The notes: a model not told the origin generated them from the letters alone. A stretch of 64,000 nucleotides of DNA from Octopus vulgaris (GCA_951406725.2 OX597826.1:46500001-46564000), one strand, 5' to 3'; positions 12,421 to 27,437 are shown, counted from the first letter of the stretch. Program-made: numbers and translations.

Positions 12421-13638
12421 TTATGCAAGAATGAAAATAATACTGACACCCCGTTTTAACAGACATATTTACCAAAATTACATAAAAATATCTTGAAATA
12501 CTAAAGAGTAAATTTATTCAATAAAATCGCTGATGGCTTCAACCACGGCCTCCAGACGACTTCTAGAATCTCCTGCAGCTCTTCTGGACAGTCTCCTTGG
12601 TTCAATTAGTGAATGCTGCCATAATCCTTGCCTTCAGTTCATCTTTCATGTTACAAGGAGTTTTGTTGGTCTCACGCTCAGCTGCGCCCCACACATAATA
12701 ATCAAGTGGAGTTGCTGCCTGGGGAGTTACATGGCCTGTGTGGCATGATGCAGAGTCCTGTTGCCAGACATAGGGTCTTCCGGCAGCCACCCTCTTGACT
12801 CAGTGCAGCACTACCTCCTTCAGGCACTTGATGTAGGCCTCCGTGTTGAGTCTGAAGCCGTGTGGGTAGATGAATGGAGGCATAATATCGCCATGACTAG
12901 TGATCACTCCAAACACCATGATGTTGACTGGATGTTTGATTTTTATCACTTTCGGTACATGTTTTGGGGGCACGGCAAGCCAATGGTTGTTCTGTGTGTT
13001 CACCATCTGACCCTGGCAGAAATTTTTCTCGTCTGAGAAAAATCAAAGCATATTCGGTTGGAGGGGATGCTTGAGTTTGTTCAAAAGCTTCGTAGCGCGG
13101 TCTTTCCTCTTGTCCTTGATGGCTTGAGATAAAAAATTTACCCTTTCTCATTTTGTATGAAGAATACGGAATGCCTTCATGCACTACCTGCCTGATAAGA
13201 AACTCAGACCATCCCACGTCCTTGGTGGTGGAGCTGATTGACTTGGAGGGGTTGTTGTCAATCATGGCCTGGATCCCACTAACAAATTCAGGAGTTCTTT
13301 TTTTTTCTTTTCCAGAACCATCAGAGTGAGTTTTCCAAGCTGCCGTACCGTCGTAATCACTATTAGACTCATCCAACTCTTTCCGAATCCTCTGCACTGT
13401 CCTCAGGTTGACATCCAAACACTCTGAAATATGTTCGTATTGGAGCTTCCAGCTCGAATGCCAAGCAGTATAGCATGCCGTTCCCAAATTTCTGGCAGAG
13501 TGAATGGTGCTGTTTTTCTCACAGACGCTGCCCAACTGACCTTGCTATACTGTGTATTCGACAAAATCCAAAACAAACAATGCACATGCGTGAAATAAAA
13601 AAAATATAAAATGGCTACAATTTGCCCATCGTACCCTG
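12421..13638 (-). mobile_element. Decayed IS630-Tc1-mariner DD37D (maT) transposon
   Basis: Starts TA|CAGGGTACGATGGGCAAA; frameshifted ORF pieces LRTVQRIRK, KHPVNIMVFGVITS, VWQQDSA, PLDYYVWG; 3' end lost in (CA)n. Confidence 0.9.
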
Positions 13639-13660
13639 TATATATATAACAATATAAATA

Positions 13661-13695
<35 letters not shown>

Positions 13696-13699
13696 TACG

Positions 13700-13920
13700 T
13701 ATATGAAGATACATCTATACGTATATATGTGTGCATATGTGCATATGTGGATACAGGACGTCATGAAACGTGTGCAACAAAAAAGTACGAAGCACGAGTA
13801 CATGGAACATGAACTATTTTTTCAGACAACGAAAGACACAAATGGAAAACAAAACAAGCAGCACAAAGAACGACCCTTCATCAGTTTTTGGCTGTTTTTC
13901 TAGTCTCGTATCTCGAGCAC
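13700..13920 (-). repeat. Dispersed TA-microsatellite-embedded repeat (family E) with CTGATGAAGGG motif
   Basis: Near-identical copies at 32170-32372 and 32893-33068; related diverged elements at 59645-59900 and 60420-60615. Confidence 0.75.
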
Positions 13921-13952
13921 TATATATATATATATTTCTTTTTTTTATTTCC

Positions 13953-13986
<34 letters not shown>

Positions 13987-14327
13987 TATATATTTGTGTG
14001 TGTGTTATTGTGTTCCTGTTTGTCAACACCAACCCTTGAAAACCGGTATTAGTGTGTTTGCGTCCCCGTAACCTAGCGGTGAGCTGCCAGAATTGTTATC
14101 ACACCGGGCAACATGCTTAGCGACATTTCATCCCTTTATGAGTTTAGACTCCATCGAGGTCAACTTTGCCGTTCGTCCTTTCGGGGGTCAATAAGTACCA
14201 TTTGAATACTGGAGTCGATGTGATCGACTTCCTGTACGATAATTTGAAGCCAATATGAATTCCAAGGTTGTCTCCCCTATTTTCCTTAATCATATCTATT
14301 AAGATATTGATAGTATAACACTGACAT

Positions 14328-15264
14328 CATCTTTCTCAATCAAAGCCGGAATACTGCAGGGAGACACACTCGCCCCATTTCTCTTCATCATTGTCGTTAA
14401 CTATGTGCTACGTATGTCAGTTGATACCATTTCTGGCAAGGGCTTTGAAATAAAACCGAGAAGAAGTTCCAGACACCCAGCTGAATACTTGACAGACACT
14501 GACTTTGCTGACGACATCGCTCTTATCAGTAATTCTCTCTCCAATGCCCAGTCTCTTTTACAATCTCTCGAACAAGCCTCAAATTGTGTAGGTCTTTACC
14601 CCAATGAGACCAAGACTGAATATATAAACAAATGCCTGTCTAACAGTGATTGCATCAGCCATACTCTCAACAATGCGCCCTTAAATATGGTTTCTGATTA
14701 CAAATATCTTGGGTCATACATATCATCATCTGGAAAAGATTTTCTAACTAGAAAGGGTATGGCCTGGTCAGCCTGTAATGACATGCATAAGATCTGGTCA
14801 TCAAATCTAAGTAGAGACTTCAAACTTGAAATCTTCAAAGCCACAGTCGAACCAATTCTACTATATGGCTCAGAAATCTGGACGTTATCAAAGAAGCTTG
14901 AGAGGCGGTTGGATGGAACCTACACTCGCCTCCTTATGAGAGCTCAAAATCTCTCGTGGAAGCGTCATCCAACCAAAATGTAAATATATGGGAAACTACC
15001 ACCTGTGTCATCTCTTGTGAAAGGTAGGAGAGTCCAGTTTGCTGGACATTGTTGTAGAGCTGAAAACGAGGCAATTTCTACTCTTCTCCTCTGGAAGCCA
15101 TCTACTCGCAACACCAGAGGGCGGCGCACACTCTCCTACCCTGATGTAATCTCCAGGGACACAGGCATCCAGCAACAGGACTTCTCTAATGCTATGATGG
15201 ACCGTGAAGTCTGGCGTAGCATGGTAAATTCCATTGTCTCGACCACAGTCGAACAATGATGATA
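14328..15264 (+). mobile_element. 5'-truncated RTE-like LINE (RT C-terminal half) with TSD
   Basis: GILQGDTLAPFLF, FADDIAL and YKYLGS motifs in one frame, with a single premature TAA at 14981-14983 (ORFs 14405-14983 and 15005-15259 are in frame). (TGA/TAA) tail; TSD ATAA(C/T)ACTGACAT at 14315-14327 and 15265-15277. Confidence 0.9.
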
Positions 15265-15624
15265 ATAATACTGACATATTTTTACTCTTCGTTCGGAATG
15301 TAATTTGACTGAATTAAACTTTCTTGGTCTATTACATGCTGTACGTTAAAGGTGGGTTCATATGGATGGGGGTGGTCAATTCTGGCGAGATTTGAGCACG
15401 CAACATAAAGAGACATTCACTAAATACTGTAAAGATATTATGTGTAGCACTCTTGGGATTGGGCAACGCTATTGTCTTTATATATAATATAATTAGTTTC
15501 TACAGGGAGAAGTTATTAATTAAGCACCGTGCATAGGAAAATCTGACTTAACTAGATTTAAATCAGTTGTGTTTTGATGCGGGCATGCGTGCGCGTACAT
15601 GTATGTGTGCCTGTCAGTGTGTCT

Positions 15625-15662
<38 letters not shown>

Positions 15663-15804
15663 GTGTGTGTTTGTGTGTGTGTGTTGAAATATATTTGTGC
15701 ACCTTCGTGTGTAAGACACACATACACACATTATACATCTCGGATACTGTATATCTATCTACCTGTCTGTCTGTCTGTTTGTCTATCTATCTAGCTAGCT
15801 GTCG

Positions 15805-15840
<36 letters not shown>

Positions 15841-15911
15841 ATATAAATATATGTTTATGTATGTGCATGCGGTCCTGTATATGTGTATGTGCGTAGTAGT
15901 GCCTGTGTATA

Positions 15912-15974
15912 TGATTGATTGATTGATTCTAGTTTCAGCTTATGAGCTGTGGCCATGCTGGGGCACCGCCATTT
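15912..15974 (-). mobile_element. Extreme 3' stub of a CR1-group LINE with (AATC)n tail
   Basis: Near-identical to 56946-57013. Confidence 0.8.
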
Positions 15975-16071
15975 ATGTGTATGTCTGCATGTGCGTATGT
16001 GTGTATGTGTATGTCTGCATGTGCGTGAGAGTGAGAGAGAGGGAGAGGGAGAGATAGATAGATAAATAGAT

Positions 16072-16119
<48 letters not shown>

Positions 16120-16569
16120 AGAGAAAGAGAGACTGATTAGATATCCAGACGTGGAAAGCATTAACGTTGCTTCGCAACGTAGCTGAGACAGAAACAAATG
16201 AAAATTAAAACAAAACAGAAATGGATAACATTCACCGAAGTGGAAATGTATACTGGGGTGCGATAAAGACAAATAAAGAGCTTAAGGTAGAGGGGCAAGT
16301 TAGAGGGGAAACATAGAGGGGCAAGTTAAAGGGGAAGGATAGAGGGGCTGAGATTCAGGGGCCAAAAAAAAAAAGAGTAACTAAACTATAGAGGATGTTT
16401 ATTGATTGGAGGATAAAGTGTTAATGGGTGGAGAACAAGGCAGAGAGAAAGAGGGGAGGAGGAAGAGGAAGAGAGAGATGGAGAAGGAGAGTGGGACAGA
16501 GTGGATGAGATACAAAGATTCTTCAGAGAGGCAGGCAAAAGGGGAAACAGGTGAGTGTGTACGTGCATA

Positions 16570-16600
<31 letters not shown>

Positions 16601-16789
16601 TGATTATAGATGTGTTCCGCGGGCAGCTTTCGACAATTCCTATACAGAGGGGGTTTTTAACACTATATTTCCATGCCATTAATTATAGATTTATCCGCTT
16701 CGAGTTTCACTGTTCCCAAAAGGATATATATATATGTATGTATGTGTGTGTGTGTGTGTGCGTGTGTGTGTGTGTGTGTAAAATTTATC

Positions 16790-17486
16790 TTTTATCGTTT
16801 ACTTGTTTCAGTCATTAGACTGCGGCCATGCTGGGACATCGGCTTGAATTTTTAGTTGAATGAATCGAATTTTTAGTTGAATGAATCGACTCCAGTGATA
16901 AAAATCAAACATCCAGTCAACATCATAGTGCTTTGAGTGATCACAAGCGATGGCGATGTTATGCCTCCATTCATCTTCCCACACGGCCTCAGACTCAACG
17001 CGGAGACCTACATCAAGTGCCTGAAGGAGGTAGTGCTGCCCTGAGTCAAGAGGGTGGCTGCCGGAAGACCCTATGTCTGGCAACAAGACACAGCACCATG
17101 CCACACAGGTGATGCAACTTCCTAGACAGCTACGCCGCTTGATTATTATGTGTGGGGCGCAGCTGAGCGAGAGACCAACAAAACTCCTTTTATTTATTAA
17201 GCCTGATACCTATTCTATCGGTTTCTTTTACCGATTAGCTAAGTTATGGGGGACGTAAACACACCAACACCAGTTGTCAAACAATGATGTGACAAACACA
17301 GACACAAAGACACACACACATAGATACACACACATAGACACACACACATAGATACACACACACACATATACGATGGGTTTCTTTCAGTTTCTGTCTACCA
17401 AATCCACTCACAAGGCTTTGGTCGACCCGAGGCTATAGTAGAAGACACTTGCCCAAGGTGCCACGCAGGGGACTGAACCCGGAACC

Positions 17487-17490
<4 letters not shown>
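16790..17490 (-). mobile_element. SINE family B interrupted by a TIR-less maT transposase fragment (+ strand, ~16896-17188)
   Basis: SINE tail at 16790-16895, mariner KHPVNI...VWG segment, then the SINE resumes at ~17195. Confidence 0.85.
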
Positions 17491-17541
<51 letters not shown>

Positions 17542-17547
<6 letters not shown>

Positions 17548-17840
17548 AATATAAGAGAATGGTCACTATGTGGCTCATTCTAGCACTAGAAAATCCAAAA
17601 GGTTTCAACCACAAAAAGCTACAAGTGGGTTTTTTGTAAGTAAAATTACATTTAATTCATTAATAGCGAAACAATTGTCCCAAAATAATCTGTATTTTTG
17701 TTATTTTTTATTTGCCCTGTTCGTGTGAGCTAACAATCGTACTGACTTTCATGTGAAACATGTATTTTTGTGGTTGAAACCTTTTGGATTTTCTAGTGCT
17801 AGAATGAGCCACATAGTGACCATTCTCTTATATTTATTTT
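17542..17840. repeat. Fold-back element: perfect 76-bp inverted repeat between (TA)n tracts
   Basis: 17542-17617 is the exact reverse complement of 17765-17840. Confidence 0.92.
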
Positions 17841-17963
17841 TGTATAAAATATTATAATATATTATAAAATATTATAATAATCCAGGTTTCTCGAGGCACT
17901 GGGCCACTTGGTGTTGAATGGACATACTATTAAATTAGTATCTAATTCTCTCACCCTTATTAA

Positions 17964-18050
<87 letters not shown>

Positions 18051-18490
18051 GAAATGAAGAAAATGCTGACAAATAATTGAAGTAATTTAAGTAATTTAAT
18101 TAGGTGAAAGTTCTTTTTACCGGTTGCGCATTTGTTATGCTTATCAAAATATAAAAGAGAGATTAGAGTTCCTTTCTTATAGAATTTTTCCTCTTATCTG
18201 ACTTTATGTTGGGTTTGCTGTCTCTTATACGTTGCTTCCCGATACAGGCACAAGGCCAGCAGAACCATATTTATGGTTAGCCAATTCTCTACCTTGGTTA
18301 TACATTTCGTTTGGCTTCACGCACTTTTCCGCAAGAAGACTCCCAAATAATTTCACTAGCAGCCATCGTCAATATCATCGCCATAAATCTACATCCTTCT
18401 GTTATGATACTAATGACTGAGTGATTAAAGCATTTCACAACGTGCTTCACGTTTTTGACGCTAGTCTGAGCCTAGCTTTTAAATTGACCA

Positions 18491-18586
18491 GGCCAGGCAA
18501 AGTCAAGCAAAGTCAAGCAAAGCCAAGCAAAGCCAAGCAAAACCAAGCAAAGCCAAGCAAGGCCAAGCAAGGTCAGGTAAGGCCAA
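18491..18586. repeat. 10-bp minisatellite (AGCCAAGCAA)n, ~9 units
   Basis: Directly visible tandem units with variants. Confidence 0.85.
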
Positions 18587-18738
18587 ATTAAATGCTAGGA
18601 GATCGTAGTGCTTTATTACGAGGAAATTAATATCCATTGATATAAAAATCCGTTTCTTAGAGATAGATTTATACTAAATATGAGTCATTTAGTTTTGCAT
18701 TAAATGGGAAAAAAGAAAAAAAACGAAGTAAATGTTGT

Positions 18739-18766
18739 CCGGCGGTATTATGGTGTGGAGATGTTT

Positions 18767-18827
<61 letters not shown>

Positions 18828-18851
18828 CATCTCCACATCATAATACCGCCG

Positions 18852-18852
<1 letters not shown>
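18739..18852. repeat. Hairpin: 27-bp inverted arms around (TA)n
   Basis: CCGGCGGTATTATGGTGTGGAGATGTT versus AACATCTCCACATCATAATACCGCCGG (1 mismatch). Confidence 0.9.
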
Positions 18853-18944
<92 letters not shown>

Positions 18945-18975
18945 AAGAGAACGCAGTATATGTATACATATGTGA

Positions 18976-19006
<31 letters not shown>

Positions 19007-19042
19007 TATATGCGAGTGTGTGCGTAGGTGTGGATGGGTGTA

Positions 19043-19077
<35 letters not shown>

Positions 19078-19824
19078 TTATATACATCAATACATATACA
19101 AATACATATGTATGTGTATCTATAAATATAAAGGTATATTTATGAATATACATGTATTTATACACAAACACACACACACACACACACATTCACACACAGA
19201 TATATGTATATGTAACCGAATGCATACATATCGATATATATATATACACACGTTATATATGTATATACACACATACACGCAGAAATAAACACATATATAT
19301 ACACATATGCATATATATGGATATGTGTGTTTGTTCGTTTTTGTACTTGCGTGTATGTGTGCATGCATATATATGCGTACGTACGTACGTACGTTATGTA
19401 TGTATATATATATGTATGTATATGCGTACCTACGTATATATCTATATATGTATCTATGTACGTACGTATATAACTTAGCGGATGCGAAACTCAAAAGAAA
19501 ACTGACATTATAGAAATGAAAGCTAATTACAATATATTTTGTATTAGCCAAGAAAACAGTCTAATAACGAGATTTGACCAATACAACAGACGCTAAAATG
19601 TTCTGTAATCTTCATACAGTGAGTGTGTGTGTGTATGTGTGTGTGTGTGTGTGTGTGTGAGTGCGTGTTTCTTTCTGTTTTATGAGTTTTCAAAATTGAA
19701 TAAGAAACGGGGACGAGACCAAATAATAAGTAAATACAAAACATATACTTACATACACAAAAACAACAAAAAAACAACAAAAAAGCAAAAAAAAAAAATC
19801 AGAACTATCGACAAACAACAACCA

Positions 19825-19836
19825 TAATAATACTCA

Positions 19837-19932
<96 letters not shown>

Positions 19933-19934
19933 TA

Positions 19935-19965
<31 letters not shown>

Positions 19966-19987
19966 AAAGAATAATGATGATGATGAA

Positions 19988-20029
<42 letters not shown>

Positions 20030-20077
20030 GCTACCACTACCACTACCACTACCACTACCACCACCACTACCACCACA

Positions 20078-20144
<67 letters not shown>

Positions 20145-20235
20145 ATAATAATAATAATGAAAATAATAATAATGATAAAAGTAGTAGTGGTAATAATAGC
20201 GATAATGATGATGATGATGGGGACGATGATGATAA
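19825..20235. repeat. Compound trinucleotide microsatellite (TAC/TAA/TGA/CAC)
   Basis: Directly visible; explains the poly-S/I/V/L ORFs. Confidence 0.95.
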
Positions 20236-20803
20236 TAAAAATCTTTCTTGTGAAAACTGAAGGGTTATTGTGCATAACTTTGATGTGATTATTCAAGAGT
20301 GTTGTAGGTGCTAATACACCGCTTCTCAAAACTAAACACCAAATAATACCACAACCAGTGACTAGTCCTGGTTTAAAAGAAAGAAGAAGCAGGAACTAGA
20401 TTCGAGAGAATCACTCGTAAATTGGCTGATTTCCTTTAATGAGAAATTCGGTGGAGGTGGAGGTGGAGGTGGAGGAGGTGGTGATGGTGATGGTGATGGT
20501 GGTGGAGAGAACAAGATGAAGAATAAGAAGAATAACAACGTTAACAACAACAACAACAACAACAAGAACGACAACGGCAATGAAGGGAGATAAAAAGACG
20601 AAGAACGGGTGCGTGCTTGTCGGTATACATACATACATACATACATACATACATACATACATACATACATACATACATACATACATACATGCATATATAT
20701 ATATGTGTATGTTTATACATATGTATATGTATACACACATATAGATATATAAGTATATATATATTAGACATACATATATATACATACATTCATTTATGTA
20801 TGT

Positions 20804-20848
<45 letters not shown>

Positions 20849-20970
20849 TATATATACATATATATGTATATACATACATACGTATGTATATACATATATA
20901 CATACGTATATAACATATATACATACGTCTATATGTAAGTATATATATATAGATAGATAGATATATACAA

Positions 20971-21021
<51 letters not shown>

Positions 21022-21599
21022 TATATATATAGATAGATATAGATGCACATACATACATACATACATATATATACATACATACACACATACATACACACAT
21101 ACACGCATGCTTACATACATACATCATACGCGCCCACACACATATATGTGTACGTACACACATTTATATATAGTTGGCATTTGATCTCAGCCGAAATGCC
21201 AAGTGTTCTATTTATTCGATAAATAACCAGCTAATATAGTTGTGTGCGAGTCCATTCAGACAACAAACATTTTACTTTATTTCATTCTCTTTTTCTATTC
21301 TTCTCATTATAAAACCTCTGCGACTAGAAAGACTATAAGAGACAAGAAAGGAAAAGAGAAAGACGGTGGCAAGAGAAAGCGAAAGGGAGAGAAAGGAGAG
21401 AGAGGGAGGGAGGGAGGGAGGAAGGAAGGAAGGGAGAGAGTGAGAGACAGTAAAGGAGAGAGGGAGAGCTACGGTCATACGATTTTGTTGGTCACCTTAT
21501 TGAGTGTGTTTAAAACAAACAGACAATAAAAACTTCAAAATAATAATAATAATAAAAATAAATAAATAAATAAATAATAGGAAACTAAATCAAAAGTAC

Positions 21600-23058
<1,459 letters not shown>

Positions 23059-23094
23059 TACCGTTATGTATTATTCTTAAGAGGATCAACATGT

Positions 23095-24050
23095 ATAGCT
23101 CGGCAGAATCATTGCAGCATCATGAAAATTCTTTGGGGGTATTTGTCCCAGCTCTTTATGTTCTGAGCTCAAATCCGGCCGAAGCCAACTTTATCTTTCA
23201 GCATTACGGGGTCGATGAAATAAAATATCACTAGGACTGAAGGTGGCTGCCAACTGATCCCGCTGGAATACGATGAATGCATCGTGCGTTGCCCGATAAG
23301 GGATCACCTAAGTTTGAGTACACCAAGTATTGGGGTGATTTTACTGTCTAACCCTCTTCTTTCAAGACCTCAACATTGTTGGCTTCAAGCTCAAATCAAA
23401 AATAATTATTATTCGTAATATTTTTAAGGCAGTTATTTGGCAGAACCGTTAGCACGCCGGGCAGAATGCTTAGCGGCATTTTGTTCGTTATTACGTTCTG
23501 AGTTCAAATTCCACCGACGTCGACCTTGCCTTCCATCCTTTTGGAGTCGATAAAATAAGTAATTTCTGGGCTTGTGCCAAAATTTGAAGTCGTTATTATT
23601 ATAGGTAAGGTAGTGAGCAGCGGAATAGTTTGCACGTCGGACAAAATGCTTATCAGCATTTCTTTACGTTCTATGTTCAAATTCCGTGTGATCAACTTTG
23701 CCTTTTATAAGTACCAGTGAAGTACTGGAGCCGAGAATCACTGACGCGTCGGATAAGATGTTTAGCGGCATTTTTTTAGGCTTTTATGATCCGAGTTCAA
23801 ATCTCGTCGAAGTCAGCTTTGTTTTCAAGGTCGATAAAATTAGGTACTTGTTTTGTATTTTGGCTAATGTAATCAACTGATCTTCCTTTAAAATTGTGTC
23901 TCAATTTAGAAAGGGCAGTGGAATGGAAACGTCGTAAGAGCATGGAAAAAATGCTTTGCAGTATATCTTTCAGCTCCTTACGTTCTCAGTTCAAATCCCA
24001 CCAAATGCCAGCCTTGTCCTCCATTTATCCAGGATCGATAAAATACACCA
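23095..24050 (+). repeat. Cluster of about five degenerate, co-oriented SINE-A heads/cores
   Basis: Repeated GCAGAA(T/C)CGTT...ATGCTTAGCGGCATTT...GTTCAAAT...GTCGATAAAA at ~23095, 23428, 23610, 23725 and 23915. Confidence 0.7.
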
Positions 24051-25493
24051 TTTCACTACACTTTCGGCACAGCGCACCAGGATCGTTCCTCTAGTGCTGA
24101 ACGGCATCAACGCTATCCCTGAAAATGAATTTTGTGAGTTCAAAGTGTAGCATGTCCTTTTCTCTTGTAATCAACCAATCAAAACAGCAAACATTATATT
24201 ATTTACTGAGGGTTTGCTTTTTGCTCCTAGTCTACCATTTCTTTCACATGCTCCTATCATATACTTTACGATGCCTTTCTGTTTATCTCTGCAAATTGTG
24301 AGTCACTGCTCTCTCAGCCGTTCCTAATTCTAGTACCAATCAAATGGAACAGAGTGACGCTAGTTACAAATCTGTGACATTTTATCCTTACCAGAAGCAC
24401 CACACACAACACGACTCGGTAATTCTTTCATATTTTAGGCATCTCCTTTTAATCTGCCCACTCTATACTGCTTTCATACGACAACCTAAAATTAACAACT
24501 GAGAGATTTGTGTCAAATAAAATCATACCATATAGTCAAGGTGTTGCATCATTATTGCCCGGAACCCACTTAGCAGTATTCAGTAATTAGCACCGTTAAA
24601 AAATATGAGTCTTAGTTTTCCTGTCCTCGCATTGCCCATTCTCGTCCTTCTTGTGGAAAAGAGAAGAAATATAACTTAGTGTTGATTCTCATTCTCTGAT
24701 ACTGCCGTCTAGCCGTTTTAGAATACTGAAGACTTACTTATGCCGTCAAGAATGATTAGAATATAATCTTAATATAAATTTGAATATATTCATATTAACA
24801 CTTTGACACCAACTCTCCCGAGACTACTCCTGGTTGTATGACATAAATTCTTTGGTTGGAAGTGATCTAAATTAAAACATGTCAAAATTTCATACTAAAT
24901 TATGATCCAAACACCTGTTTGATAATGACAAAGTTATTTTGCTAAATCCTTCATTATTTTCGAAATAATTTGAAATAAAGACAGTCTACTTCCATAGAAT
25001 TACGGTAACAAAAAAAGATAAATTTAATCTAAATTAAAACTCCCCATCAAAATTTCGTGTTAATTAATAATGACCGAATCATTTTACTAAATTCTTCATT
25101 GTTTTTAAAAATGTATTTCACCTTCGGCTGCGTTTGTTTTCGGAGTTTCAACGGAACGCTACTCTTGGATGGAGTCAACAGAACGCTGCTCTTGGCCGAT
25201 TATTATTATTATTATTTCTTCGTATTCGAGCATTTTTTTAAATTAGAAAAATGAATAAAATCCTGTCTTCACAAAACATGTAAAGATGCAAAACAATTAT
25301 TACACCCCCCTTAAAAGGGGGTGCAATTACACAAAATGTTACCACCACGATCTAGACAATGCAAGCAAAATACTTGTTAAATAAAATTCTTAATGAACGG
25401 GCTGCAACCAGCCGAAAAGCTTGAGTAAACACAGTTTGTGGTGATCCAACATGTACGACTGCACAGGCTGACGGCCATAATAGTAGTAATAAT

Positions 25494-25526
<33 letters not shown>

Positions 25527-25539
25527 TATAATAATAACA

Positions 25540-25733
25540 ACACTTTCTACTATAGGCACAAGACCTGAAATTCTTGGGGAGGGGACTAGTCGATTACATC
25601 GACCCCAGTGTTTCACTGGTACTTAATTTATCGACCCTGAAAGGATGAAAAGCAAAATCAACCTCGGTGGAATTTGAACTCAAAACGTGAAGACGGACGA
25701 AATGCCGCTAAGCGTTTCGCCCGGCGTGCTAGC
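25540..25733 (-). mobile_element. SINE family A (alternative tail) embedded in (AAT)n
   Basis: Core motifs in reverse orientation. Confidence 0.8.
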
Positions 25734-25809
25734 AATAACAACATCAACAACAATAAGGATGATGACGACAATGATAAGGACAATAATAATAATAATAATG
25801 ATGATAATG

Positions 25810-25845
<36 letters not shown>

Positions 25846-25854
25846 GTGATAATA

Positions 25855-25906
<52 letters not shown>

Positions 25907-25920
25907 TAATAATAATAATG

Positions 25921-27403
25921 TATAGCAAGGATTTAGGGATGGAATTCAGTATCTCGAAGTGTGCCGTGCTCATTTTGAAACGGGGGAAAAGAGTAAATTG
26001 TAGGGCAATAGAATTGCCAAACAGGGAGAAAATGGAAGACCCGGATGGTGATGTGTACAAGTACTTTGGGATCCTGAAGCTGGAGAACATCTTGCATAAA
26101 GAAATGAAAGACAAGATCATCACTGCATATTTCAAGCGCCTTAAACTTCTCTTGAAATCAAAACACAACTCAAGGAAGCTTGTGACTGCCATCAACATAT
26201 GGGCGGTTACTGTAGTCTGCTATAGTGCACCCTTTCTGAAATAGGCACAAGCGGAGATTAACCAACTCGATCGCGCTACCCGAAAGACAATGAAAATGAA
26301 TGGTGCCCTCCTCTCTGAGGCGAACGTACACAGGCTCTACATGAAGAAGAGTAAAGGAGGGCGTGGGCTGATTAGCGTATGGTAGTGCATCAACAGTGAA
26401 AGAATAAACATGGCAGAATATTTCGTAAACAGCAAACATGACCTGCTACAAATGCTGCTAATATAGAAGAATTTAACAAAAATGGAGAGTGCTCCTAAAT
26501 TCCGATCAAGAACAACCAACAAGAGAGAAGAAACCCTACTCCGCATGAAATTACATGGTCAGTTCCACCGCGAAACCAACAAATTAAAAGATCAGGAAGT
26601 ATCATGGAGGCGGCTTAACAAGGGTGACCTAAAGAATACTAAAAGCCTAATCAACGCTGCCCAGGACCAGGTATTGAATACCAACTCAGTGAAAAAGAAT
26701 ATATACCACACATGTTCAACGGACCTCTGCAGAATGTGTGGGAAGAGGGTCGAAAGCGTGACTCACATTGTTAGAACTTGTGTAAGTCTGGCGCAGAAAG
26801 AGTACAAGCGCAGACACGACAAGGTAGTTCAAAACCTCCACTGGCTGCTATGCTGTAAGTATGGGTATGACGTTACGGGCGCTTGGTACCATCATACACC
26901 GGAAAAGGTAATGGACGAAAAGGGGAAGGCAAAAATTCCCTGGGATTTCGACTTCCAGACTGACAAGGTATTAGAACACCGAAGGCCGGATATTGTAACC
27001 TTTAAGAGGGAGAAACAAGAGTGCTTAATAATTGACGTGGCAGTGCCAGAAGATCAACATACCATCATGAAAGAAAGAGAAAAGGTTAATAAATATGGAG
27101 ACCTGAGAATTGAGATCGCTAAGATGTGGCAACTACGAGAATCAAACATAAAGGTTATCCCTATTGTCATCGGTGCAATGGGTTCAATACCACCCAATCT
27201 GAAAAAAAAAACATCTGAAGACTTTAGAAATACCCTATAATCTAGGTGTATTGCAAAAGTCGGCATCACTTGGAACTGCCCGCATGTTGCGTAAAGTACT
27301 GTCTGTCTGAGGCCCTTGTTGTGACTTGACAAACAGTACAAACTCCCGGTAGACACAATATCTTCAATCAACAACCTCACGATATTGTATACTGTGCGAC
27401 GTC

Positions 27404-27404
<1 letters not shown>
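25921..27404 (+). mobile_element. 5'-truncated R4/Dong-like non-LTR retrotransposon (RT end, CCHC, RLE) inserted in (TAA)n
   Basis: GMEFSISKCA, YKYFGI, CRMC..ESVTHIVRTC zinc knuckle, RHDKV, RPDIV...IIDVAVP...K..KY endonuclease. Several stops and a frameshift; flanked by (TAA)n on both sides, the known Dong target. Confidence 0.9.

Positions 27405-27437
<33 letters not shown>

Noticed and set aside
14405-14983. 192-aa RT ORF as an active or domesticated gene
   Set aside because: It is 5'-truncated, has a premature stop, and is bounded by a TSD, so it is an ordinary dead LINE copy.
24794-25090. Possible TTAA-flanked piggyBac-type MITE
   Set aside because: The termini are too degraded to confirm TIRs or a TSD by eye.
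25299-25327. GC-rich hairpin ACACCCCC-TTAAAA-GGGGGTGC as a Helitron end or terminator
   Set aside because: There is no correctly spaced CTRR end or U-tract, and only one instance is present.
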